A stretch of DNA of 64,000 nt from an uncultured Gammaproteobacteria bacterium (GCA_964392925.1 CAYMRP010000001.1:165585-229584); one strand, 5' to 3'; shown: positions 9,241-19,772, numbered from the stretch's first letter. The notes: generated by a model not told the origin, from the sequence alone. A program made the numbers and translations.

Positions 9241-10161
9241 ATGGCAACTGTTAATACTGCTTGGGACCACGTTTCTTCTAACATTTTTAAAACTTATTTA
9301 ATTATGTTCCTTTTCTCTGTTTTCGCTTTCGGAGTGATATATCTATTTGCCGAAATTCTCGGGTTTGGTGACTTAGGATTCATGACAATTTTTGGTTTCT
9401 CCTTAATTTTCATCGGTATTTCCAATTTCATCTCCTGGTTCTTCTCAGATAAAATTGTTCTTTCAATTTCCGGCGCAAAACCCGTCAGCCTAGAATCAAA
9501 TCGTGATCTTTACCGCACAGTCGAAAATCTTTGTATCGCCGCTGGTTTGCCGCTTCCTAAAATCTATATTATGGAAGACACAGCTCCCAACGCTTTTGCA
9601 ACTGGCCGCGATCCAAAGCACGGTGTAATCTGCTTCACAACCGGCATACTTTCTAAACTAAATAAACTGGAACTTGAAGCCGTCACAGCCCACGAACTTT
9701 CGCACATTGGCAACAGAGATACTCTGATGATGAGTGTTGTCTCAGTCCTCGTAGGAACGATTGCTCTTCTAGCTGACTTTTTTATGCGCAGCATGTGGTT
9801 TGGTGGCAACGATCGTGATAACCGCTCTGGATTAATGCTGGCTATGGGAATTATCGCCGCTATCCTTGCACCAATCGTCGCCACGATGATTCAAATGGCA
9901 GTCTCCAGACGCAGAGAATACTTAGCTGATGCCTCAGGCGTACTTTTAACCCGTCACCCTGGAGCCTTAGCTGATGCCCTAAGAAAAATTTCCTCTGACA
10001 AAGAACCTCTAGAAGCCGCTAATCGCGGAACAGCTCACCTATATATCGTAAATCCTCTAAAGGGAAATTCCGCCCTGGAGGGTTTCTCTAGACTATTTTC
10101 GACTCATCCTCCAATAGCTGATCGTATTAAGGCCTTATCTGAAATGGAAGGCAATCGTTAA
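9241..10161 (+). CDS. htpX: HtpX M48 zinc metalloprotease
   Basis: PNAFATG, HELSH, SRRREYLAD, FSTHPP. Confidence 0.95.
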   Translation: MATVNTAWDHVSSNIFKTYLIMFLFSVFAFGVIYLFAEILGFGDLGFMTIFGFSLIFIGISNFISWFFSDKIVLSISGAKPVSLESNRDLYRTVENLCIAAGLPLPKIYIMEDTAPNAFATGRDPKHGVICFTTGILSKLNKLELEAVTAHELSHIGNRDTLMMSVVSVLVGTIALLADFFMRSMWFGGNDRDNRSGLMLAMGIIAAILAPIVATMIQMAVSRRREYLADASGVLLTRHPGALADALRKISSDKEPLEAANRGTAHLYIVNPLKGNSALEGFSRLFSTHPPIADRIKALSEMEGNR

Positions 10162-10164
10162 TTA

Positions 10165-10728
10165 GTGGATATCCATCTCTTAATAACTCATTCTCTGACA
10201 CTCATTTTTATTGGTTTATTTATCTTTTGGAAACTAACTGATCCTCGCCCCAGAGCCGAACGCCTAAAGCTTTACACTTCAAAAAAAGGTATTCTAATCG
10301 GTCTTTATGGTTTTTCGTTTTTAGTTTTAAATTATCTCTCGGCGTATTATTTTCCAATGGCAGGCTCAGGCTTCGATACCCAAATGGCTTATTTAGGCAT
10401 TATGATCTTTTTAATTGGTACCTCTTTCGCGATCTGGGCCAAGATCACCATGGGTAAGATTTGGGGGATGCCATCAGCCCACGATCATGTCCGTCAGAAT
10501 AAACTAATTAAACACGGACCCTTTAAATATTCCCGCAATCCGATTTATGTTGGGCTAATCATGGCCCTAATCGGTTACGGGTTAGCACTCCAAAGTTATT
10601 TTGCCTTCCTGGCCTTAATACCAATCTTATACTTTCACGAAGCAGCCAAAAAAGAAGAAATATTACTGGAAAAGTTTTTTAAAGAAGAGTTCCTAAAATA
10701 CAAAAAAGAAGTTCCGCGCTTTTTCTAA
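10165..10728 (+). CDS. Isoprenylcysteine carboxyl methyltransferase family membrane protein
   Basis: TM helices, GPFKYSRNPIY, EE..L...F...F..YKK.VPRF. Confidence 0.85.
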   Translation: MDIHLLITHSLTLIFIGLFIFWKLTDPRPRAERLKLYTSKKGILIGLYGFSFLVLNYLSAYYFPMAGSGFDTQMAYLGIMIFLIGTSFAIWAKITMGKIWGMPSAHDHVRQNKLIKHGPFKYSRNPIYVGLIMALIGYGLALQSYFAFLALIPILYFHEAAKKEEILLEKFFKEEFLKYKKEVPRFF

Positions 10729-10732
10729 AGTT

Positions 10733-11002
10733 CTACTTGTTATTCATTCTAAAGAAAACGATCAAAGATCCAAATAACGCCAGCAAATTTAACATATTAG
10801 TGATAACTGTTCCTTTAAGTAGTCCGCCAATTAAAACCAAGACCACCCCTAACACATAAATCAAAACAAACTGTTTATTAAGTCGGGTATCTTTTTTCTT
10901 AACTTCCACCGCCTGAATTAACCAGGATGCGCCGATAAATAATAACCCGAGCTCAGTAAATCCAATCATCATTAACTCACTGTACCACCACCTTAACAAC
11001 AA
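10733..11002 (-). CDS. Small 3-TM membrane protein
   Basis: Three hydrophobic segments; true start probably at MMIGF. Confidence 0.6.
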   Translation of the reverse strand: MLLRWWYSELMMIGFTELGLLFIGASWLIQAVEVKKKDTRLNKQFVLIYVLGVVLVLIGGLLKGTVITNMLNLLALFGSLIVFFRMNNK

Positions 11003-11027
11003 GTGTCAAGTATGTTATATTCCGCAA

Positions 11028-11285
11028 ATGTTAGAGAAATTTAGAGGCTCAGTTGTTCGGGTTGTAAATAATGCACTTGAAAGAATGGTAAATAGTGTTC
11101 CTGCAGGTCATTCACAACAAGAAGTTGATGATTTTACGAGGGGTATAATCTCGCTCCCAGAAGCATATAAACGGGTCACAGTTTTAGAGCAAAGATTAAG
11201 TCGTGAGCCTGGAAGCCTGAGAGCAAGGTTTGACACAGCCGTGAAACGTGCTGCAGAAGAGATGGTTAGGCCCTCCCGTTTTTAA
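11028..11285 (+). CDS. Hypothetical orphan protein
   Basis: TATATT 6 nt before ATG; 85 aa. Confidence 0.6.
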   Translation: MLEKFRGSVVRVVNNALERMVNSVPAGHSQQEVDDFTRGIISLPEAYKRVTVLEQRLSREPGSLRARFDTAVKRAAEEMVRPSRF

Positions 11286-11328
11286 CGAATCACTTAACAG
11301 AAGCTTCTGTTAAATGTATAATCCACCC

Positions 11329-11625
11329 ATGCGTTTAGATATTGCTCAAGTCCAAAAAGTCGCTAAACTAGCCAGTCTTCCTTTATCCAAAGAAGAGGAA
11401 GAAAAATTCTCTAAAGAGTTAAGCGAGACTTTGGATTATGTTAATCAATTAGAACAAGTTGATACCACCGGCATAGAAACTACCAGTCAAGTCACCGGAC
11501 TAGAGAATATAACCCGCGAAGATGTCATCGGAGAATCTTTATCCCAAGCCGAAGCCCTAAAGAACGCTCCCTCAACTTATAAAGGCTTTATGAAAGTTAA
11601 AGCTGTTTTAGGAGGAGTCGAATAA
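11329..11625 (+). CDS. gatC: Asp/Glu-tRNA amidotransferase subunit C (track start 11314)
   Basis: VAKLASL, RED, ALKNAP; directly upstream of gatA. Confidence 0.92.
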   Translation: MRLDIAQVQKVAKLASLPLSKEEEEKFSKELSETLDYVNQLEQVDTTGIETTSQVTGLENITREDVIGESLSQAEALKNAPSTYKGFMKVKAVLGGVE

Positions 11626-13034
11626 TGGATTTAACCAATTTAACAATAACTTCGGCTAAAAAAGGTTTAAAAGAAAAAAAGTTTTCTTCGCTTGAATTAA
11701 CAGAAGCTTATTTAAAAAGAATTGCCGAAGTTGATGAAAAAGTTAATGCTTTTGTCACAGTTTCAAAAGACGAAGCTCTTAAAAACGCTAAAGCCGCCGA
11801 TGAGTTAATTTCTAAAGGCGAAGATTTGCCTCTACTCGGAATCCCTTTAAGTATTAAAGATAACTTTAATACCAAAGGCATAACTACTACCGCTTCCAGT
11901 AATGTTCTCAAAAATTTTGTCCCTCCTTACGATGCCACAGTCGTTAAAAAGCTCAAAGAAGCCGGAATGGTTCTTTTAGGAAAAACTAATTTAGATGCTT
12001 TTGCTCATGGCTCCTCAACTGAGACTTCAGATTTTGGTGCCAGCCGCAACCCCTGGAATACTGCTCATTTACCGGGAGGCTCTTCTGGAGGAGCGGCCGC
12101 CAGTATGGCAGCTGGTGAAACCTTAGTTGCTATTGGCTCAGAAACTGCCGGCTCTATCCGCCAGCCTGCAGCCTGGTGTGGAGTTGTCGGCCTTAAACCA
12201 ACATATGGAAGAGTTTCCCGTTACGGAGTTATTGCGATGGCCTCATCTCTTGATTGCCCAGGTCCGATAACCTCAACAGTGGAAGATAGTGCTTTAATTC
12301 TCCAGATTCTGGCTGGCCAAGATCCAAAAGATGCCACCACTTCACCAAAACAAGTACCAAATTATCTGGCAAATATTGATAAAGATCTCTCAGGTCTAAC
12401 TGTTGGAATTTCAGATGAATATTTTATCGAAGGCATCGACCCCGAAGTTGAAAAATCAGTTAAAGATGCAGTAAAAGTTTTTGAACAAATGGGTGCTAAA
12501 GTCAAAACAATTAAATTATTTGATCCCTCGCACTCAGTAGCCGTCTATACAATTCTCCAAAGATCCGAAGTCTCCTCAAACCTGGCCCGTTATGATGGCA
12601 TCCGTTACGGTAATACCCGCGATAACTTTGGCTCAGAAGCCAAACGCAGAATAATGCTTGGAACTTATGCGCTTTCTGCAGGTTATTATGATCAGTTTTA
12701 CAATAAAGCCCAAAGAGTTAGAACTTTGATTATTAATGATTTTAACGAAGCGTTTAAGCAAGTTGATTTAATTCTGGCTCCAACCTCGCCCTCACTAGCT
12801 ATGAAAATCGGTGCTTCTTCCTCAAGTCCTATGTTCGGAGAGCTGGCCGATATGTTAGTCGAACCTTCATCCATCGCCGGCCTTCCTGGTATTAGTGTTC
12901 CCGTTGGTCTCTCAAAATCCGGCCTGCCAATCGGCATGCAAATTATCGGTCCTCAATTCTCAGAAGAACTAATCATCAACGCCGCTCACAAATTCGAAAT
13001 GGAAATTTCATTTAAAGAAAGGCCAAAACTATGA
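11625..13034 (+). CDS. gatA: Amidotransferase subunit A
   Basis: Amidase signature GGSSGG, GSIRQP, GLKPTYGRVSRYG, RRIMLG. Confidence 0.97.
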   Translation: MDLTNLTITSAKKGLKEKKFSSLELTEAYLKRIAEVDEKVNAFVTVSKDEALKNAKAADELISKGEDLPLLGIPLSIKDNFNTKGITTTASSNVLKNFVPPYDATVVKKLKEAGMVLLGKTNLDAFAHGSSTETSDFGASRNPWNTAHLPGGSSGGAAASMAAGETLVAIGSETAGSIRQPAAWCGVVGLKPTYGRVSRYGVIAMASSLDCPGPITSTVEDSALILQILAGQDPKDATTSPKQVPNYLANIDKDLSGLTVGISDEYFIEGIDPEVEKSVKDAVKVFEQMGAKVKTIKLFDPSHSVAVYTILQRSEVSSNLARYDGIRYGNTRDNFGSEAKRRIMLGTYALSAGYYDQFYNKAQRVRTLIINDFNEAFKQVDLILAPTSPSLAMKIGASSSSPMFGELADMLVEPSSIAGLPGISVPVGLSKSGLPIGMQIIGPQFSEELIINAAHKFEMEISFKERPKL

Positions 13035-13579
13035 GCGAACGCAGTGGTTGGTTAAAGCGTATTCACACATTAATCAACAGAAAACCTGAAGCTCCTATGA
13101 GCCTAGAGGATCGTATTGGTGGAAGTTTTTTTGGCTGGGGTCAAATTGCTCAATTTGAGATGATAACTGGAGCACAATGGATCGATCTGGTGGGTCCTAA
13201 ATTTAATAGGGATATTGATCTGTCTGGAACCTTAGATCCTGGCGTTCAAAAGCGGATTGGTCTGGTCCTTGTGTCGAATGCTCTAGATCACATAAACGGC
13301 AAACCCAGCATTGCTGAGCCACAAGTATTAGATGATGGAAGAGTTGTTGCCTATCACAGATATGTACTAAGAGGCGGCCGATTCACCGAGGGTTATTATG
13401 CAATCGACCCTAAAAGCCCTGAAACCGAAGACAATTTAGGTGAGATAGGCTCAGCGAAAAAATTTACTGAGCATCTATTCCATGCTGATGAGACATCAGT
13501 GGGTGCGGGTCGAATAATTAGTAATATGCTGGATGTAATGGTAAACGTCTATAAACAAGGAACACCTGATGAAAAATAA
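13031..13579 (+). CDS. Orphan protein inserted between gatA and gatB
   Basis: 182-aa ORF overlapping the gatA stop (ATGA) and the gatB start. Confidence 0.7.
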   Translation: MSERSGWLKRIHTLINRKPEAPMSLEDRIGGSFFGWGQIAQFEMITGAQWIDLVGPKFNRDIDLSGTLDPGVQKRIGLVLVSNALDHINGKPSIAEPQVLDDGRVVAYHRYVLRGGRFTEGYYAIDPKSPETEDNLGEIGSAKKFTEHLFHADETSVGAGRIISNMLDVMVNVYKQGTPDEK

Positions 13580-14894
13580 ATACACTCCTGTCATCGGACT
13601 AGAAGTCCATGTTGAACTTAAAACAAATTCAAAAATGTTCTGCTCATGCAATGCCGATTATTTTGGCAAAGAGCCAAACACTCATACCTGTCCAGTTTGT
13701 CTAGGTCTTCCTGGAGCTTTGCCGGTTCCTAACAAAAAAGCCATTGAATGGTGCGTGCTTATCGGGATGGCCTTAAACTGCACTATTCCTAAAAAAAGTA
13801 AATTCGATCGGAAAAATTATTTTTATCCTGATTTACCAAAAGGTTATCAGATCTCCCAATACGACCAGCCATTCTGTGAAAAAGGCTGGATTGAGCTCTC
13901 AACTGGTAAAAAAATCGGTATTACCCGCGTTCATATGGAAGAAGACACTGCCAAATTAACTCACGCCGAAGTCGAGGGTGAAAATGTTTCATTGGTCGAT
14001 TTTAATCGCGGCGGAGTTCCTTTAGTAGAAATAGTCACAGATCCGGATTTTGAAACCGCCGAAGAAGTCATCGAGTACTTAAAAAAGCTCCAGCAAATTG
14101 TTAGATACTTAAATGTTTCAAACGCCGATATGGAAAAAGGCGATATGCGGCTTGAACCAAATATTTCTTTAAGAAAAGAAGGCCAAACTGATCTGCCTAA
14201 TTATAAAGTCGAAGTAAAGAATATTAACTCCTTCAGATTCGTCGGCAAAGCAATAGAGTTTGAAATTAAACGCCAATCAGAAATCTTAGATAAAGGTGAA
14301 ACCCCAAAACAGGAAACCCGCGGCTTTAATGAGCCGGGCAATAACACCGTTTCCCAAAGAAGCAAAGAAGAAGCTCAGGATTATAGATACTTCCCCGATC
14401 CTGATATTCCGCCAATAGTTTGGGACGACGCTGAGCTTGAGATATTAAAAAAAGTTCTCCCTGAACTTCCAGATACTAAAGTTGCCCGCTACGTTAAAGA
14501 TTATGAAATCTCAAAACAAATTGCCCAAACTTTGGTCGCAGACCAACTAGTTGCCGAACTTTTCGACGGAGCTGCAAAGCTTGGTAAAGAGGAGTCTGTT
14601 GAAGTCAGAGATATAGCAAACTACATAGCCAATCAAAAACCTGATCCTCTCAAAATTACTCCGGATCAAATAATTGAAGCAATCAAAGATAAAAAGTCAG
14701 GCAAAATTGAAGACGAATCTGAACTAACGAAATATGCCGAAGAAGTTATAAAAGAGAATGAAACCTCAGTTGCCGCTTTCAAATCCGGCAAAGAGAATGC
14801 CCTGCAAGCGTTAATCGGCGGCATGATGCGCAAAACCCAAGGCAAAGCCGATGCCGGTAAATCTCTGGAAGTCCTTAAAAAACTCCTTAGCTAA
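13569..14894 (+). CDS. gatB: Amidotransferase subunit B
   Basis: IGLEVHVEL, RKNYFYPDLPKGYQISQ, HMEED, DYRYFPDPD. Confidence 0.97.
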   Translation: MKNKYTPVIGLEVHVELKTNSKMFCSCNADYFGKEPNTHTCPVCLGLPGALPVPNKKAIEWCVLIGMALNCTIPKKSKFDRKNYFYPDLPKGYQISQYDQPFCEKGWIELSTGKKIGITRVHMEEDTAKLTHAEVEGENVSLVDFNRGGVPLVEIVTDPDFETAEEVIEYLKKLQQIVRYLNVSNADMEKGDMRLEPNISLRKEGQTDLPNYKVEVKNINSFRFVGKAIEFEIKRQSEILDKGETPKQETRGFNEPGNNTVSQRSKEEAQDYRYFPDPDIPPIVWDDAELEILKKVLPELPDTKVARYVKDYEISKQIAQTLVADQLVAELFDGAAKLGKEESVEVRDIANYIANQKPDPLKITPDQIIEAIKDKKSGKIEDESELTKYAEEVIKENETSVAAFKSGKENALQALIGGMMRKTQGKADAGKSLEVLKKLLS

Positions 14895-14989
14895 TTTCCC
14901 ACTTGAAATCCCTATCTCAAATGCTGTTAAAATGATTATCTAAAATTGTCGCGCGGATGAATATTGTTCCCGCAAGAAATTTTTAAGTT

Positions 14990-17900
14990 ATGTCCAAATT
15001 CGTTCATCTTCATACCCATACTGAATATTCTCTTCTTGATGGACTGTCAAAAATCCCTAAGTTAGTTAAAGCTGCCAAAGATTTAGAAATGGATGCTCTC
15101 GCCATTACCGATCACGGCTCGATGTTCGGCGCAATCGAATTCTATAAAGCCTGTCAGGAATCCAATATAAAACCTATTATCGGCTGCGAGCTTTACGTCG
15201 CTCCTCGTTCCCACACCAGCAAAGAAGGCAAAGTCGATGCTGATCCTTATCATTTAACCATGCTAGCTAAAGACTACGAGGGTTATCTTAATCTAATTAA
15301 ATTAGTCTCGATTGCTAATCTTGATGGTTTCTATTACAAACCCCGTGTTGATAGGGAATTACTAAAAAAATACAGTAAAGGTTTAATTTGTTTGTCCGGC
15401 TGTCCCGGAGGGGAGTTTATTAGAAACCTAAAAACCGGGGACTTTAGCAAAGGCGAGCAAGTGGCCAAAGATTATCTGGAAATATTCGGTGAAGGCAATT
15501 ATTACTTCGAACTCCAAAATCACTTCTACAAAGATATCGTCGCCCGTGGTGGATTAGAGCAATCTGTTAAAGCAGATTTAGAAAACATGGCCCAAATTCA
15601 GGATTTAACCTGGGCCGCTTCCAAAGAAATATCCAAAAAACTTGGTATTCCGCTTGTTGCCACCAACGATCTTCACTACATCAAAAAAGAAGATGCAGAA
15701 GCCCAGGATTGCTTAGTTTGTATTCAAACTGGCAAAACAATTATGGAATTTAATCGTTTAAGAATGGTTGATACCCCAGATCTCTACTTGAAATCAGCTT
15801 CGGAAATGATCGCTTCGTTTAAAGAAATCCCTGAAGCGATTGAAGCCTCCGTTAAGATTGCTGAAAAAGTAAATATCGAAATTCCTTTAGGCATTCCGAT
15901 GTTTCCCATTTTTGAAGTCCCAGGCAAAAAAGATCCGATGGAATATTTAAAAGAGCTGACTTACGAAAGAGGCGCGACCAGAATGGAAATGACTACTGAA
16001 CGCAAAGAACGCTTAGATTATGAGCTCTCCGTTATTGAGAAAAAACAATACGGCACGTATTTTCTGGTAGTCCAGGATTTCATCAATTGGGCGCACACTC
16101 AGGGCATTATTACTAATACCAGAGGTTCAGCCGCCGGCTCGCTCGTTCTTTACGCGCTCGGCGTTACCAATATCGATTCAATTCAGTACAACATTCCTTT
16201 TGAAAGATTCTTAAATCCTATGCGCCCCAGTTTACCGGATATTGACTCAGATATGGCAGACGACCGCCGTGATGAGGTTATCCGTTATGTTGCCGAAAAA
16301 TACGGCCAGGATAAAGTCGCTCATATTGTTACTTTTGGAACTATGATGGGTCGGGCTGCAATCCGTGATATTGGCCGGGTTATGGGTGTAGCTTATGGTG
16401 AGGTAGATAGAATCGCTAAACTTGTCCCGCCGCCGCATCAAGGCTTCCATAAGCCTTTACCCGACGCTATTAAAGAAGTTCCTGAACTCGCTGAATTATA
16501 TAGAACCGATGCCCGTTATAAAAAACTGCTTGATCTAGCCTGCAAGGTTGAATCAACAGTTCGCCACGCTTCAGTCCACGCCGCCGGTATTGTTGTTTCG
16601 CCAACCCCTCTGACAGATTTTACTCCGCTCCAAAAAGAGGCTAACGGTGACAGGGTAGTGGCTCAATATGATATGTTCTCCGTTGAAGCTGCCGGCCTGG
16701 TCAAACTCGACTTCTTAGGTATTAGAAATCTTTCAATTCTAGGCCGCGCTGTCGAATTCGTTAAGAAAAACCGTAATATCGAAGTTGACTTAGACAACAT
16801 TCCTCTCGATGACAAAAAAGCCTTTGAATTATTAGCTCTCGGCGAAACCATGGGATTATTCCAACTCGAAGGCTCAGGTATGACTAAATGGCTGGTTGAT
16901 CTAAAGCCCACCACAATTTATGACATCATGGCTATGATTGCTTTATACCGTCCTGGTCCAATGGGCTCAATTCCTGATTATATTCAAAGAAAACACGATC
17001 CTTCCAAAATCCGCTATTACGATCCCCGAATGGAAGATTACATGAAGCAATCCTTAGGAATTTTGGTTTATCAGGAAGATGTTTTGCTCTCAGCTATTAA
17101 TCTTGCCGGTTACACCTGGCTAGAAGCTGATAAATTCCGCAAAGCCATGGGTAAAAAAATTCCTGCCGAAATGGCCAAACAAAAAGATCAATTCCTTAAA
17201 GGGGCAGTCGAACACGGCATGACCAAAGAAAAAGCCGATGGTCTTTGGGCCCTAATCGAACCATTCGCTGCTTACGGTTTCCCTAAAGCCCACGCCGCCT
17301 CTTACGGCATGATCTCCTACCAAACTGCCTATATGAAAGCTAATTTTCCAGTTGAATTTATGGCTGCAGTTATGACCGCTGAGTATGGTAATACTGAAAA
17401 AATTGCTCACGCTATAGAAGAATGCAAAAGAATGGGCATTGTCGTTTTACCTCCGGATATCAATTTCTCAGGAGTTGGTTTTACAATTGAGGACTTAAAT
17501 ACTTTATCTGAAGAAGAATTAAAAAGAAATATTTCCCATTCAAAATCAGAGATAGCACAGACTCAGGGCATTAGATTCGGTTTATCTGCCATTAAAAACG
17601 TTGGTTTACTGGCTATTGAATCACTTATAGCCGGCCGCGGAGATAGGCCTTATAAATCACTAGCTGATCTTTGTTCGCGAGTAGATACTCGCTTAGCTAA
17701 TCGCAAAACCATGGAGAGTCTAACTAAAGCCGGAGCTATGGATTCATTTGGTACCAGGGCTTCGTTACTCGCCGGCCTTGATGATGCGTTGGGTAAAGCT
17801 CATAAAACTGCTAAGTTAATAGCCTCCGGACAAGTCTCAATGTTTGGAGATGATGAAGAAGCCACAGTTATCTCCAGCAAACTGCCGGATTTAGTTGAAC

Positions 17901-18631
17901 TTGAGCTGGATAAACTGCTTTTATTTGAAAAAGAACTTTTAGGTTTTTATCTTCACGAGCCTCCTTACTTAGAAAAACTTAAACAAATGGAAACTGCGCT
18001 TAAAATGCGGATTAGCGAAATCAAAGATCAATCTGTCGGAGGGCGGATTACTTTTGGTGGTGTTATTACCGAAATAAAAAAAGTTTTAACTAAGAAAAAC
18101 GCCTCTGAAATGGCCTTTGTGACTATATCTGATGGAATATCCAGCATCGATACTGTAGTTTTCCCTAAAACATACACCTTGAATAAGCACATTCTCAATA
18201 AAGAGGAAGTCGTTGTTGTTGGTGGAAAGCTCGATAAAAGAGAAGATGAATTCTCAGTCCTGGTTGATACATTTGAGATTTTTAATCCGGATGAATTCTT
18301 TGTTCTTGATATTGATGATTCCGGAAACCGGCCTGGCATGATAGAAGACAGAAATAGGCAGGAATCCTATGCTCCGCTTAATGAAACTCCGTCCGTCAAC
18401 TTTGAGACGAGCCAAACCCCAGGTGTCGAGATTAAAATTCCTCAAAATGCCGGCGGCGATCTCCTTAAACAACTAAACGCCGAACTTAAAAAATACCCCG
18501 GCCAAACCTCGATCTCCTTATTATTACCCTCAAACAAACGCCTAAACCTCCCTTTCACAATAGATCCGGCCGGCGAACTCTTGAATAGCCTGGAGACTCT
18601 CCTTGGCCCAAATGCAGTTAAAATAAACTAG
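14990..18631 (+). CDS. dnaE: DNA polymerase III alpha subunit
   Basis: FVHLHTHTEYSLLDG PHP, RGSAAGS, PDIDSD, HAAG, KLDFLG, OB fold. Confidence 0.98.
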   Translation: MSKFVHLHTHTEYSLLDGLSKIPKLVKAAKDLEMDALAITDHGSMFGAIEFYKACQESNIKPIIGCELYVAPRSHTSKEGKVDADPYHLTMLAKDYEGYLNLIKLVSIANLDGFYYKPRVDRELLKKYSKGLICLSGCPGGEFIRNLKTGDFSKGEQVAKDYLEIFGEGNYYFELQNHFYKDIVARGGLEQSVKADLENMAQIQDLTWAASKEISKKLGIPLVATNDLHYIKKEDAEAQDCLVCIQTGKTIMEFNRLRMVDTPDLYLKSASEMIASFKEIPEAIEASVKIAEKVNIEIPLGIPMFPIFEVPGKKDPMEYLKELTYERGATRMEMTTERKERLDYELSVIEKKQYGTYFLVVQDFINWAHTQGIITNTRGSAAGSLVLYALGVTNIDSIQYNIPFERFLNPMRPSLPDIDSDMADDRRDEVIRYVAEKYGQDKVAHIVTFGTMMGRAAIRDIGRVMGVAYGEVDRIAKLVPPPHQGFHKPLPDAIKEVPELAELYRTDARYKKLLDLACKVESTVRHASVHAAGIVVSPTPLTDFTPLQKEANGDRVVAQYDMFSVEAAGLVKLDFLGIRNLSILGRAVEFVKKNRNIEVDLDNIPLDDKKAFELLALGETMGLFQLEGSGMTKWLVDLKPTTIYDIMAMIALYRPGPMGSIPDYIQRKHDPSKIRYYDPRMEDYMKQSLGILVYQEDVLLSAINLAGYTWLEADKFRKAMGKKIPAEMAKQKDQFLKGAVEHGMTKEKADGLWALIEPFAAYGFPKAHAASYGMISYQTAYMKANFPVEFMAAVMTAEYGNTEKIAHAIEECKRMGIVVLPPDINFSGVGFTIEDLNTLSEEELKRNISHSKSEIAQTQGIRFGLSAIKNVGLLAIESLIAGRGDRPYKSLADLCSRVDTRLANRKTMESLTKAGAMDSFGTRASLLAGLDDALGKAHKTAKLIASGQVSMFGDDEEATVISSKLPDLVELELDKLLLFEKELLGFYLHEPPYLEKLKQMETALKMRISEIKDQSVGGRITFGGVITEIKKVLTKKNASEMAFVTISDGISSIDTVVFPKTYTLNKHILNKEEVVVVGGKLDKREDEFSVLVDTFEIFNPDEFFVLDIDDSGNRPGMIEDRNRQESYAPLNETPSVNFETSQTPGVEIKIPQNAGGDLLKQLNAELKKYPGQTSISLLLPSNKRLNLPFTIDPAGELLNSLETLLGPNAVKIN

Positions 18632-18634
18632 TAT

Positions 18635-18997
18635 TGTCATACCGGACTTGATCCGGTATCCAGAAACTTTGCTTATGTCGTATAAGACATACTATGTTTA
18701 TATTTTGGCTAGTCAAAGAAACGGAACTCTCTATATTGGAGTCACTAATGATTTAAAGCGAAGAATTTGGGAGCATAAACATGATTTGGTTAAAGGTTTC
18801 ACAAAAGAGTATGGGGTGCATATACTGGTTTATTTTGAGCAGCATGAAGACGTTGAGCAAGCAATATTAAGAGAAAAGAAAATCAAAAGGTGGAGTAGAA
18901 AATGGAAATTAGCACTTATAGAAAAAGATAATCCAGAATGGAAAGATCTTTACTCCAACCTCTTTTAACTGGATCCCGCATCAAGTGCGGGATGACA
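18635..18997. mobile_element. GIY-YIG gene bracketed by 29-bp inverted palindromic (REP-like) repeats
   Basis: Left TGTCAT-ACCGGA-CTTGA-TCCGGT-ATCCAG (18635-18663); right CTGGAT-CCCGCA-TCAAG-TGCGGG-ATGACA (18969-18997). Confidence 0.7.
18675..18968 (+). CDS. Small GIY-YIG nuclease (YhbQ/UPF0213-like; track start 18648)
   Basis: YYVYIL..NGTLYIGVTNDLKRRIWEH, REKKIKRW, NPEWKDL. Confidence 0.93.
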   Translation: MSYKTYYVYILASQRNGTLYIGVTNDLKRRIWEHKHDLVKGFTKEYGVHILVYFEQHEDVEQAILREKKIKRWSRKWKLALIEKDNPEWKDLYSNLF

Positions 18998-19035
18998 AAT
19001 TTGAAATGGCGATTTTGATATAGTATGATATCTTC

Positions 19036-19392
19036 ATGACTAAGCTTGGTAAAGATAGAATTTGTGAATATATGTTGCCTGCCTGGAATATTCCTTCAGG
19101 AAATGACTCTCCAGCATACGCAATGTGCGGTAGGACTCTATACAATGAGGATTGTATCAATACTGCCCTTGACGAAACAAACTGTCCTAGGGCAGCTACA
19201 AAACCAAAGGGTCTTACTTACGATGGGTTTGAAGCTCGTAGGTCCCGGAGAATATTAGAGATACAGAAGGCTGCAGGTGGTCCATTCTTATATCCCGGTC
19301 TACCTACTAGAGGAGAAGCTGAAGCAAAACTTTCTGAAATTCACCAACGTTTCGAAAATGCATCTACGACTAATAAGAGTCTTGGTGAGTAG
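19036..19392 (+). CDS. Hypothetical protein with four N-terminal Cys
   Basis: TATGAT 6 nt before ATG; 118 aa. Confidence 0.6.
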   Translation: MTKLGKDRICEYMLPAWNIPSGNDSPAYAMCGRTLYNEDCINTALDETNCPRAATKPKGLTYDGFEARRSRRILEIQKAAGGPFLYPGLPTRGEAEAKLSEIHQRFENASTTNKSLGE

Positions 19393-19433
19393 CTGTTGTA
19401 TTTACGCTCAATTTACTGTAAAATTCCAAAAGT

Positions 19434-19772
19434 ATGTTATCAATGCAATTCAAAGACACAAAAATAACTATCGGTGACACGATTAAAGTTAAATATAATA
19501 TAGTTGAAGGTGGTAAAACCCGTGTTCAGGCATTCGAAGGAATCCTGATTTCTGCGCAAGGTAAAACCGAAGATGATAAAACTTTCACAGTCCGTAAAAT
19601 CGGGGACAGGGGAGTTGGAGTCGAAAGAATCTGGCCTCTAACTGCTAACACTTTAGTTGATATTGAAGTTGTTAAAAATTCCAAAAAAGGTAAAAACGGT
19701 AAAGTCGGAGTCCGACGCGCTAAACTTTACTACCTCCGCGACGTTAAAGGTCGAATGGCCACCCGTGTTTAG
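19434..19772 (+). CDS. rplS: 50S ribosomal protein L19
   Basis: GDTIKV, RVQAFEG, TFTVRK, GVERIWP, VRRAKLYYLR. Confidence 0.97.
   Translation: MLSMQFKDTKITIGDTIKVKYNIVEGGKTRVQAFEGILISAQGKTEDDKTFTVRKIGDRGVGVERIWPLTANTLVDIEVVKNSKKGKNGKVGVRRAKLYYLRDVKGRMATRV

Noticed and set aside
14990-18631. Intein in DnaE
   Set aside because: Normal length; short insertions lack intein splice motifs
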